This document shows, piece after piece, positions 1 to 8,503 of a DNA stretch of 45,347 nt; position 1 is the stretch's first letter; the number at the start of each line of letters is the position of its first letter. The notes beneath the pieces are model-generated. The model searched no databases. It was not told where the DNA came from and was given only the letters and a program-made list of their open reading frames with translations. The DNA is from Candidatus Parvarchaeota archaeon (GTDB lineage: Archaea > Nanobdellota > Nanobdellia > Parvarchaeales > Parvarchaeaceae): the NCBI GenBank assembly GCA_023380585.1, contig JAMCRN010000004.1:1-45347 (forward strand). The letters are read 5' to 3'. The position numbers and the translations under genes are program-made.

Positions 1-127
1 AGTACGCTGCGCTGTCTGAAGGCTTGAACTGGAATTTGAGTCCTTTCCACGCCTTTCCGTCGTTCTTGGTGTCGTCCTTTGAGTTGAACCTTTCCACCAA
101 AGCTTTCATTGCTTCATGCGATGTCAT
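1..127 (-). CDS. SCP2/sterol-carrier-like protein, N-terminal fragment (continues past the window start)
   Basis: ATG at 127-125 on the minus strand. It reads MTSHEAMKALVERFNSKDDTKNDGKAWKGLKFQFKPSDSAAY and stays open to the window edge. It resembles the start of SCP2-fold lipid carriers. An AT-rich TATA-like box lies about 21 nt upstream, and the gene is next to an acyl-CoA synthetase. Confidence 0.35.
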   Translation of the reverse strand, partial: MTSHEAMKALVERFNSKDDTKNDGKAWKGLKFQFKPSDSAAY

Positions 128-160
128 ATTAGATTATTATGACTTAAAGATTAATAAACT

Positions 161-1762
161 TTAGACTTTGTTCCTTAATTCCTTTTTATCCACTTTGCCG
201 GTACTCGTCTTGGGCAGAGATTCCACGAATATCACTTTGTCTGGTATCCACCATTTCTGTATCCTACCGGTGTCTATGTATTTCTGCAGGTGATCCTTTA
301 TCTCCGATTCTGTTAGGTCTCCGCTCTTTACTATGAAAGCGACAGGTCGCTCTCCCCATTTTTCGCTTGGCATCCCTACCACAGCGACTTCCCCGACTTT
401 GCTGTTCTCGCTTATCGCGTTCTCTATGACAAGAGTCGGTATGAACTCTCCACCGCTTTTAACAGCATCCTTCTCCCTGTCCACTATATGTAGATAGCCG
501 TATGGATCCACGAATCCCAGGTCTTCCGTATGCAGCCAGCCGCCCTTCCAAAGCTCTGCTGTCTTATCCGGTTCTTTGTAATATTCTTTTGTAAGCCATG
601 GCGCCCTCGCTACTATTTCCCCTACGCTCTTTCCGTCATGAGGCAATTCCTTCATGTCCTTGTCCACTACTCTCAAGTCCACCAATGGTACTGGAAGGCC
701 TGCGCTTAGAAGGAATTCGCTTTTCTGCTCCTCTGGTAAGCTTGCAACGTAATCAGTAAGCGTGGCTATCGACAAGACTGGCCCTGTCTCCGAGAGGCCG
801 TATCCGCCTATTGTTGTTATTCCCAATTCTTTCGCCTTAGAGGCCAGGCCTTTCTGCAATGCTGCCCCTCCTATGACGACTTTCCAGGATTTCAGATAAT
901 CCTTATATTCATTTATCTTTGGAGAACTCAATATCATCTGGAGTATTACTGGGACCATCGCTGAGAACGTTACCTTCTCTTTCTTTATCAGTTCCAGGAT
1001 GACGTTCACATCGTACCTGCCAGCAAGTATGTATTTATTGCCTGACAGTATACCTGCGTAAGGCATCCCCCACTGATGGACATGGAAAAGAGGCACCGCA
1101 GTCATGAACACGTCCTTGTCGGTAAGGTTCAGAGGCGGAGAATGAACGACTTCTGATACTGCCAATGCATGAAGTACGAGGTCTTTATGTGTAAATGTCA
1201 CCCCTTTAGGCATGCCTGTCGTGCCTGAAGTGTAGAATATCGTGGCAACGGTGTCCTCCTCAAGGTCCGGCGGATCGTATTCCTGGTCTAGTATGACATC
1301 TTCGTAATTATAGAATGGCGTAAGGCTTGTTTTTATCTCCTTCTTCTCTTCGCTGTATATTATCCAGCCTTTTATGAAGTCAAAAAGCTCCTTATTCTTC
1401 TCTATTATAGGCACGAACTCATCCCTTACTATGACATATTTGTCCCCGGCATGATTCATAGTGTAATATATCAGCTCAGGCGGATAGCGGATGTTCACAG
1501 TGTGCAAGATTGCGCCCATCATAGGCACGGCGAAGTAAGTCTCAAGATATCTGTTTGTGTCCCAGTCCAATACGGCTACTATGTCGCCCTTCTTCACGCC
1601 AAGTTTTTCCAGCCCGGCTGACAGCCCATGGACCCTTTTGAAGAACTTTTCGTAGGAATATCTTTCCTTGTCTGCGTAGAGTATTTCCCTCTCCTTGAAA
1701 TTTCTGACGGTATTTAGAAAAAGATTTTTCAAGATGAGTTTTGTGCCGTAATACCCGTCCAT
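161..1762 (-). CDS. AMP-forming acyl-CoA synthetase (fatty-acid--CoA ligase family)
   Basis: AMP-binding signature YTSGTTGMPKGV, plus GYGLSETGP, TEDLG..DREKD and C-terminal PKTSTGKVDKK. The ORF track starts at a TTG (1810). The ATG at 1762 (MDGYYG..) lies exactly 21 nt downstream of a TTTATATA box. Confidence 0.9.
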   Translation of the reverse strand: MDGYYGTKLILKNLFLNTVRNFKEREILYADKERYSYEKFFKRVHGLSAGLEKLGVKKGDIVAVLDWDTNRYLETYFAVPMMGAILHTVNIRYPPELIYYTMNHAGDKYVIVRDEFVPIIEKNKELFDFIKGWIIYSEEKKEIKTSLTPFYNYEDVILDQEYDPPDLEEDTVATIFYTSGTTGMPKGVTFTHKDLVLHALAVSEVVHSPPLNLTDKDVFMTAVPLFHVHQWGMPYAGILSGNKYILAGRYDVNVILELIKKEKVTFSAMVPVILQMILSSPKINEYKDYLKSWKVVIGGAALQKGLASKAKELGITTIGGYGLSETGPVLSIATLTDYVASLPEEQKSEFLLSAGLPVPLVDLRVVDKDMKELPHDGKSVGEIVARAPWLTKEYYKEPDKTAELWKGGWLHTEDLGFVDPYGYLHIVDREKDAVKSGGEFIPTLVIENAISENSKVGEVAVVGMPSEKWGERPVAFIVKSGDLTESEIKDHLQKYIDTGRIQKWWIPDKVIFVESLPKTSTGKVDKKELRNKV

Positions 1763-1783
1763 AAAGAATGGATAAGCTCTTCT

Positions 1784-1791
1784 TATATAAA
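1784..1791 (-). promoter_or_regulatory. TATA box (TTTATATA), 21 nt upstream of the acyl-CoA synthetase ATG
   Basis: The forward strand reads tatataaa at 1784-1791. The same box-to-ATG spacing recurs at several other genes in the window. Confidence 0.55.
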
Positions 1792-1859
1792 TCTTACAGG
1801 GGCTAAACAAGCTGCTTCACACTGCCAATGTATAAAAACGCCAGCCGGCTATTATAGTA

Positions 1860-2603
1860 ATGCCATATAATATAATCGTCTGCGTCAAACAGATAGCAGA
1901 TGAAGTAAGGATAGACCCGTCCACAAATGAACCTGTGATATCAAATCCGCAGTACAGGATGGAAGACCTTAGCAAGAACGCAGTCGAGGAGGCCGTGAGA
2001 ATAAAGGAAAAATACGGCGGAAAGATAACAGCGCTGATGTTCTGCAGTGACTCATCCACGCCTGTGATGAAGGAAGCTCTTGCTATGGGAGCAGACGAAG
2101 GAATAATAATAACCGGATATAAGGAGAACTCTCCTGATTTCAGCGCCGCTGTCCTTGCGGAGAAGATAAAGAGCCTCCAATATGATATTGTCATCGCCGG
2201 ATATGCTTCTGCCGACAGCTACACTGCACAGATCCCTGCCAGACTCTCGAAGCTTTTAGGCGTCCCTCTTCTTGGGAGCGCGATCAAGGTAGACATTTCA
2301 GGCAAAAAGATAGATATCCTGAGGGAAGCAGACGACTTAGACATAAAGGAAAGCGCTGATATGCCTGCCGTCATTTCCGTGACGCAGGAGACTAACCAGC
2401 CAAGGCTTCCGCTACTCGCTAATATAATAGCCTCGGCTAGAAAACCCCTGAAGGTAGAGGCCACGGCAGTTCAATACAAAGAAACCTCAAAGATAATAAG
2501 TGATAAAGCACAGCAGAGCAGCAGAAAGCGCATCATATATGAAGACATTAACAAGGGCGTACAAGAAATAACTAAGGTCCTGAAACAGGAGGTAGCGGTA
2601 TGA
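1860..2603 (+). CDS. etfB: Electron transfer flavoprotein, beta subunit
   Basis: N-terminus MPYNIIVCVKQIADE.. and a length of about 250 aa are typical of EtfB. It has an ATGA overlap with the downstream etfA. Confidence 0.85.
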   Translation: MPYNIIVCVKQIADEVRIDPSTNEPVISNPQYRMEDLSKNAVEEAVRIKEKYGGKITALMFCSDSSTPVMKEALAMGADEGIIITGYKENSPDFSAAVLAEKIKSLQYDIVIAGYASADSYTAQIPARLSKLLGVPLLGSAIKVDISGKKIDILREADDLDIKESADMPAVISVTQETNQPRLPLLANIIASARKPLKVEATAVQYKETSKIISDKAQQSSRKRIIYEDINKGVQEITKVLKQEVAV

Positions 2604-3505
2604 GAGCGCTCTTGTTCTCTGACAAATTAGCGTTTTCTGAGATGATGGCCTCGCTTTTAAGGGACGGATTCGACATAGATATCCTTGCTTTTCCCGACCA
2701 CGCTGCAGACCTGACTGGATATGGGGCAAAGGAGATAAAAGGCATGGAAAAAGAAGATTATGCTGCGGATTCCCTTGCAGATTTTATCGCGGGGATGTCC
2801 AAGGACTATGATTATATTTTCATAGGCGCGACGGTGCTCGGCAGGGAGGCCGCTACGATGCTTTCTGCACTTACTGGTAACGTAATGAAATCAGAGATAA
2901 CAAAAATAGAGATATCCGGAGGAAAGGCTAGGACATCACGGCTGTATTACGGCGGAAAGACAGTATTGGAGGAAGAGTCTGATGCAAAAATATTCACAGT
3001 CTCGCAGGGATTGGTCGAGCCGTCTAGGACCGCTGCCTCATCTAAAACTACAAAGGTGGTGAATCAGAAGACTTCGAAGATAACAGTGGGGGAAAAGATA
3101 GAAAAGCCTTCGACTTCTGTGGATATAACTAAAGCAAGTGTCATAGTCAGCATAGGCAGAGGGATAGGCAAAAAAGAGGGTATAGAGAAGATAAAAGAAC
3201 TGGCCACTCTCTTGCATGGGGAGCTGGCGGGTTCCAGGCCTATATGTTCCGATTATCACTGGCTTGAAGTCGAAAGGCAGGTCGGCCTATCAGGAAAAAC
3301 TGTCTCTCCCAAGATCTACATGGCGATAGGGATATCCGGACAGATACAACACGTAGCTGGTATGAGAAATTCAAAAACAGTTATAGCCATAAACAACGAC
3401 AAGACCGCCCCGATATTCCAGGAATGTGATTATGGTATAGTCGGTGACTTATACTCTGTTGTGCCTCTTCTCATCAATGCCATAAAACAAACAGGCCAAA
3501 GCTAA
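2600..3505 (+). CDS. etfA: Electron transfer flavoprotein, alpha subunit
   Basis: ETF-alpha FAD signature IYMAIGISGQIQHVAGMRNSKTVIAIN. A GGAGGT Shine-Dalgarno sits at 2588-2593, 6 nt before the ATG. Confidence 0.9.
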   Translation: MRALLFSDKLAFSEMMASLLRDGFDIDILAFPDHAADLTGYGAKEIKGMEKEDYAADSLADFIAGMSKDYDYIFIGATVLGREAATMLSALTGNVMKSEITKIEISGGKARTSRLYYGGKTVLEEESDAKIFTVSQGLVEPSRTAASSKTTKVVNQKTSKITVGEKIEKPSTSVDITKASVIVSIGRGIGKKEGIEKIKELATLLHGELAGSRPICSDYHWLEVERQVGLSGKTVSPKIYMAIGISGQIQHVAGMRNSKTVIAINNDKTAPIFQECDYGIVGDLYSVVPLLINAIKQTGQS

Positions 3506-3549
3506 ATCATTAGATACAAACTCTTCCTGCTGGTATTTGTCAAAAACGA

Positions 3550-4971
3550 TTATGAAAACATTGACATCATCGGGCTTGCTACATTGTATAAGCCAGGTAT
3601 TAGAACAGAAGAGCCATTAAACGCGGGTATTCCTGGGACTCCATCAGAGACATTGTCTACAGTGATGTAAGAGTTTATAGCAGGATTGAATAGGCCTATA
3701 TAATAACCACCTTGATTGGAATTTGCTACAACTAGCTGCGAGCCGTCCCAAACTGCTCCCGCATTCGTATACCAGTTAACCGAATTACTTGTATAATTGC
3801 CTTCATACGACAATGAAGGGGAATACGTTAAAAACGTGAGGTTCCCTGCCTCGCCGGTGTTACTTATAACTGTAAAGTTAGCTAAGTCTGCCATCACTAT
3901 GTAATTTGAACCGGTCCAACTTATGCTGTTGAATATCGGTCCATCCTGATTTTTCGACATGTTGTATCCTGAAAGGACACTACTCATATTAATAAAGCCA
4001 GTTTTTGCGGAGTAAACACCAATTTCCGGAACTGAATAATCGGATGTCTCTGAGTTGCCGACAACTACGAAAGCGCTCCCATTCCATGCTGCAGATGAAA
4101 TGATCCAATTGTAATTGGATAGGTTATCCAATAGCATAAATGTGTTTGTCTTCGGAGAGAACAAAAATAGTAAAGGACTAAAACCAGTGGAAGATTTTGA
4201 TAATTCCATGCCGGTTATCAAGAAATCGGTACCATTCCAAGCAGCTGAAGTAAACCAGCCTCTGCCTAATCCAGAAGTATTTAATGGGATTACAGTTTTC
4301 GAAACTGCCGGATTATAAAGGCCGGCTAAGTATGTTGTAAAATTAGTAGGGCCCGGGGAGAATGACTTGCCTCCGACTAATAGGAATTGTGAATCCCCAT
4401 AAGCTGCTCCATCTAACATGGAATAATTAGAGAACCCTGGATCAGATGTATTGAATACCGCAGGTAGCTCAGAATTAAGAACTATAAGCTTAGGTGCTTC
4501 AGTGAAATTGATGTTTAAACTTAAATCATTTACTTTAGAATCCAGGTCCGCTATAACTCCATTCTTTGTGGCCACCTTGCTTAACAAAGCGTTCACTCCG
4601 GCCTGGAGAGAGCCAAATGCTGTATTAAGATTGTCGTATGCTGAAGTTATGTTGTTTAATTCTTTGTCAAGTGTATTCACTTCGTTTTTGTAAGTTGATA
4701 TGTTGTTCTGGGCAGATGCAGCCTCTTTCTGGAACGTCGATTCAGCGCCGTTTATTTTTACTATCTCCGAATTTAAGTTTGACACTTGTCCTTCTAGAGA
4801 AGTTATTTTAGAGGTCTGAGAAGAAGAAAGAGCGCTGAGTGTTGCTATCTGTCCGCTGTCGCTAACTGCCGAAGCATGAATAGACGCAGCAAAATAAATA
4901 GCTATAGAAAGCATCAATATCAGAGAGATCGTTACCGCAAAAAGTCTTTTCTCACTGTTTTTTTGTGACAT
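3550..4971 (-). CDS. Membrane-anchored surface protein: N-terminal TM, coiled-coil stalk, repeat (propeller-like) ectodomain; function unknown
   Basis: Single N-terminal hydrophobic helix (LFAVTISLILMLSIAIYFAA), followed by about 110 aa of heptad-like S/N/L-rich sequence. Then come 5-6 repeats of the a-x-W-N/D-G-S/T-x-F/Y-hydrophobic4-G type. I count 17 N-x-S/T sequons by eye. Confidence 0.7.
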   Translation of the reverse strand: MSQKNSEKRLFAVTISLILMLSIAIYFAASIHASAVSDSGQIATLSALSSSQTSKITSLEGQVSNLNSEIVKINGAESTFQKEAASAQNNISTYKNEVNTLDKELNNITSAYDNLNTAFGSLQAGVNALLSKVATKNGVIADLDSKVNDLSLNINFTEAPKLIVLNSELPAVFNTSDPGFSNYSMLDGAAYGDSQFLLVGGKSFSPGPTNFTTYLAGLYNPAVSKTVIPLNTSGLGRGWFTSAAWNGTDFLITGMELSKSSTGFSPLLFLFSPKTNTFMLLDNLSNYNWIISSAAWNGSAFVVVGNSETSDYSVPEIGVYSAKTGFINMSSVLSGYNMSKNQDGPIFNSISWTGSNYIVMADLANFTVISNTGEAGNLTFLTYSPSLSYEGNYTSNSVNWYTNAGAVWDGSQLVVANSNQGGYYIGLFNPAINSYITVDNVSDGVPGIPAFNGSSVLIPGLYNVASPMMSMFS

Positions 4972-5057
4972 AACAGTTATGTTTAAGATTATAATTATAT
5001 ATAAAGCTTTCTATTATACCGTAGTGAATTTTATCACTTTTAAAACAAGTGAAAATT

Positions 5058-6896
5058 TTATCGCGTCGGGACAGTCTTTTCTGAGGATGCCTGCAGCACT
5101 TCGGCTATATCGTATACATTAGAATCTTTCGACATTGTGTTGACAGCGTCTTTGAGCATGCTGTTGCAGAACGGGCACATAGTGACGATGTCTTTTGCCC
5201 CTGTCTCTACAAGCTGGTCCACTCTCTCGTGGCTTATGCGTTTTTTCTCCGGCACCTGGTACCAGTAATTCGCTCCTCCGGCGCCGCAGCAGAAAGTCTC
5301 CTTTCCGTGTAAGTGCGGCTCTGATACTTTTGCTACACCGGACAATAGAGATCTCTGAGGCTGAGTAACTCCATTATACCGCGAAAGATAACAGGGGTCA
5401 TGTATCGCAAGGTCTTTTCCGGTCTCTTTGAGTTTAAGTCTCCCTTCTTTCTTTAGTTTGTCAAGGAACTCTGCCTCGTGGTATACTTTTACATTCTTCA
5501 TCCAGTCGTCAAGCTTTGTGTAATCGTTAGAGAACACATTACATCCATGGGGGCAGACCAAAAGCATGTTCGTTACCCCGTATTTTTTGAAGATCTTTAT
5601 GTTATTGAATGCAAAATCCTGGAATAATGCTTCGTCTCCTATCCTTCGCGCTGGATCACCGCAACAGCTTTCTTCTCCGCCGATTATAGCTACTTTGTCT
5701 AGCATCCCAGCCTGCTTTATCAAAGAAACAAGCGATACAATAGACTTCTTCGCATTCGGGTCGAAGCTGGCCATGCACCCTACCCAAAGGAGATATTCGA
5801 AACCTTTGGCTTCAGATACTAGATTTACGCCCATATCTGTGATCCATTTATTTCTGTCGGAATTGGATACGCCAAGAGAATTACGCTTCTGATAAAGATT
5901 GCCCAATAGAGCCGATTTGTTCTTGTCCAGTTTGTTGCTTTCGACAAGATTTCTGCGCAGATCGGTTATTATATCCAGATGCTTTACTCCTACGGGACAG
6001 CTGTTAACGCATGCTGCGCATGTCGTACAGGACCACAATTCATCCTCATTTACGGCATCCATCGGGTTGGCATCCATGTTGCCTTGGCTTTTCTGTATGG
6101 CTAGCTCTCTTATAAGAACTCTTGGTGAAAGCGGTCTGCCAACGGCCGTCGCAGGGCAGGCTGCTTCGCATGCTCCTATCTCTACGCAGGAATCCATAGA
6201 GGCCAGTTCCAATCTATTGAATCCACTAAGTTTGCTCACACCGGCTTTTATTTCGCCGGCCGGTACAGGATTTTTTTGTATTTCTTCTATGTTGAATGGA
6301 AGTCGCAATTCTGAGATGTGCCTCTGGAAATTCTTAAACAAGTTTGTTGATGGTTTAACATAGTACACTGCTACTAGGATGTTTCTAGCCGCATTTAGGA
6401 TATTGCTGGCGTAATCAAACTTTGAAAACCATTCCAATATCAACTGGGCCATCGTAAGCCCTATTACCAATGTCAGGAGAGCCTGCAGCGTTTCCGATCT
6501 TGCCTGGAACTCTTTGTCTTTTCCCAGATATTTGCCTGTATTTTTGCTGCTTCTGGCTCTCCCTAGCTTCCACCAAAACGCTACCCCGAGGCCTGCTACA
6601 AACGGTAAGGATACTGCCAACAAGGAGTATCTTAGGACTGTAGGCACTGAAAACGGATTTAGAAGCGCCAAAAGCGTGGAGAGCAGAAGGCTTCCGGCTA
6701 TTGTGGCGTCCATCCTGTCCGTCAATGGTCCTTTTACAAGCCTCCTGGACTCGAACTTTACAAGAGACGCGAACCTGCCTATGTTTATTTTTACAGAAAA
6801 CCGTTTAGCCCAAAAAAAGAAGGAAACGACTATCAGAAAGACGCTGATTATTACAGAATAATACGTAAAATCATATAAGGGAAGATAAACGCCCAT
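5058..6896 (-). CDS. Membrane-bound Fe-S oxidoreductase (HdrD/GlpC/GlcF-like, two CCG domains) fused to an N-terminal multi-TM domain
   Basis: At least 4 hydrophobic helices in the first ~190 aa. Ferredoxin-type motifs CVEIGACEAACP (second Cys position replaced by Ile) and CTTCAACVNSCP. Two cysteine-rich CCG modules (WVGC..CCGDP and HDPC..FCCGAGG..MCPFC). Confidence 0.85.
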   Translation of the reverse strand: MGVYLPLYDFTYYSVIISVFLIVVSFFFWAKRFSVKINIGRFASLVKFESRRLVKGPLTDRMDATIAGSLLLSTLLALLNPFSVPTVLRYSLLAVSLPFVAGLGVAFWWKLGRARSSKNTGKYLGKDKEFQARSETLQALLTLVIGLTMAQLILEWFSKFDYASNILNAARNILVAVYYVKPSTNLFKNFQRHISELRLPFNIEEIQKNPVPAGEIKAGVSKLSGFNRLELASMDSCVEIGACEAACPATAVGRPLSPRVLIRELAIQKSQGNMDANPMDAVNEDELWSCTTCAACVNSCPVGVKHLDIITDLRRNLVESNKLDKNKSALLGNLYQKRNSLGVSNSDRNKWITDMGVNLVSEAKGFEYLLWVGCMASFDPNAKKSIVSLVSLIKQAGMLDKVAIIGGEESCCGDPARRIGDEALFQDFAFNNIKIFKKYGVTNMLLVCPHGCNVFSNDYTKLDDWMKNVKVYHEAEFLDKLKKEGRLKLKETGKDLAIHDPCYLSRYNGVTQPQRSLLSGVAKVSEPHLHGKETFCCGAGGANYWYQVPEKKRISHERVDQLVETGAKDIVTMCPFCNSMLKDAVNTMSKDSNVYDIAEVLQASSEKTVPTR

Positions 6897-7020
6897 TTAG
6901 AATTATAAAATTTATCATATTTATATGATTACCTTGGCTAAATGATCAGGCAGCGTAGGACAACGTTTACTTACTTCTTTCTCTATATACTCATACATCC
7001 CAGGAAGATATTTGGACAAG

Positions 7021-8436
7021 TCAGCTGTGACCGCTGCACTTCATGCTCTTCTCCACATCGGAGAAGCCAGTATAAAAACTTCCTGTCATGTCGCTTGGGA
7101 ACACTGCACCGACTTCAAAACACAATGTAGAGTTCTGTATGTAGAATGCCGCAGAAAAACCAGAAAAAGGAACACGCGTCAGGTTGAATATCTTGCTCTG
7201 AGAATAACCTAACTGGAACCCTATATGGTTTGAGATGTTGACGAGCAATATCTCCGACGGCAGGACAGCGGCTGCGGAACTGTTATTCGCGGTCTTGTTT
7301 TTTATCTGCGACAGCATGTAACCGGTTATGTTTATTGGAAAAGTCTTGTTGATGCCAGTGACGTTTAGGCCGCTCAGATAATGCTGAAAAGCCGATGGCG
7401 ACATCTTGAAAAAACTAAGATTAGAATGGGAGGTGTTGAGCAATTGCGAGCCTACCACTATCACGGATAGGTCTTTAAGGGGAGGGAATTCCGACTCCAG
7501 ATATTTCCTGGCGGCCTCCGAATTGTTCTGTTTCGAATATTCCTCGGCTGTTTTGGAGAGATTGAAAGACTTTATACTGTTGGCAATAGATGGCGCATCA
7601 CCTATCGTGGTTAGTATGAACTGGTAAGGCAACAGAACTGTTATCGTTGTATTAGCAAACGAATTTCTGCTGGTGTTAGAAACGTTTATCTTGTTTCCCA
7701 CCCCGATGTACGGCGATACAAAAGAAGCTACGCTATTGAGATTTATAGATGCCATACTGGACGGATAAGAATAATTCAGAGAGCCTGAAGAAAACTTGCT
7801 AAGATGATTCGGGCTTGAGAGGACGGAGAATATGGAGGAACTGCCTAAGGAGTAAGCCGAGGATAGCTGCGACGGGAACACTATGTATATCATCGAAAAG
7901 CTTATTATTATGACTATGACGCCTGCGAAGAAGGCGGTCAGCCCATAAGAAAGCCCGTTTAGGCCGCCATCCAAACCATTAAGGGATAAGATTATCAGTA
8001 GCAGCAAGGCTGCGTATACGAATATGCCTATATACAGAAGATAACTTATAGAGGTACTGAAAAAAGACGCGCCAAAAACAATAAGCATCGCCAAAGCGCT
8101 CACGCACAACGCCATCCCAAGCACCGCTCCCTTCACCTGGTTTTCCTTGAGCCATCTTCCACCAAGATGGAAGAGGCGGCTGACGATTATAGCAGATATT
8201 CCTAAAACGATGATCAAAGCGCCAATAAAACTAAGAGTATTTGGGAATAGGTATGCGGAAACGGAGCGCGGTAAAAACGCGTCCAAAATACGCACTCCCA
8301 AAGTCACAAGTATACCTATGAACAGCGTAAGCGAGCCTACTATCATGGTCAATACTCCGATCAGCCACATCAGGAAAGGGGCTGCGTATGGACGTCGTTT
8401 TTTCTCCGTCTTCATATTCGTCTTCTCGCTTCTCAT
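7021..8436 (-). CDS. Polytopic membrane protein with sequon-rich C-terminal extracytoplasmic domain; function unknown
   Basis: About 6 hydrophobic helices in the first ~190 aa, then a Ser/Asn-rich region with many N-x-S/T sites. An ATTTAAAC TATA-like box lies about 21 nt upstream of the ATG. Confidence 0.6.
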   Translation of the reverse strand: MRSEKTNMKTEKKRRPYAAPFLMWLIGVLTMIVGSLTLFIGILVTLGVRILDAFLPRSVSAYLFPNTLSFIGALIIVLGISAIIVSRLFHLGGRWLKENQVKGAVLGMALCVSALAMLIVFGASFFSTSISYLLYIGIFVYAALLLLIILSLNGLDGGLNGLSYGLTAFFAGVIVIIISFSMIYIVFPSQLSSAYSLGSSSIFSVLSSPNHLSKFSSGSLNYSYPSSMASINLNSVASFVSPYIGVGNKINVSNTSRNSFANTTITVLLPYQFILTTIGDAPSIANSIKSFNLSKTAEEYSKQNNSEAARKYLESEFPPLKDLSVIVVGSQLLNTSHSNLSFFKMSPSAFQHYLSGLNVTGINKTFPINITGYMLSQIKNKTANNSSAAAVLPSEILLVNISNHIGFQLGYSQSKIFNLTRVPFSGFSAAFYIQNSTLCFEVGAVFPSDMTGSFYTGFSDVEKSMKCSGHS

Positions 8437-8503
8437 AAATAATAATAGTGTCGCTTTGTTTAAATATTATGGAAAGCCATACTCGCTGGAATTAGATAAG
8501 ATT

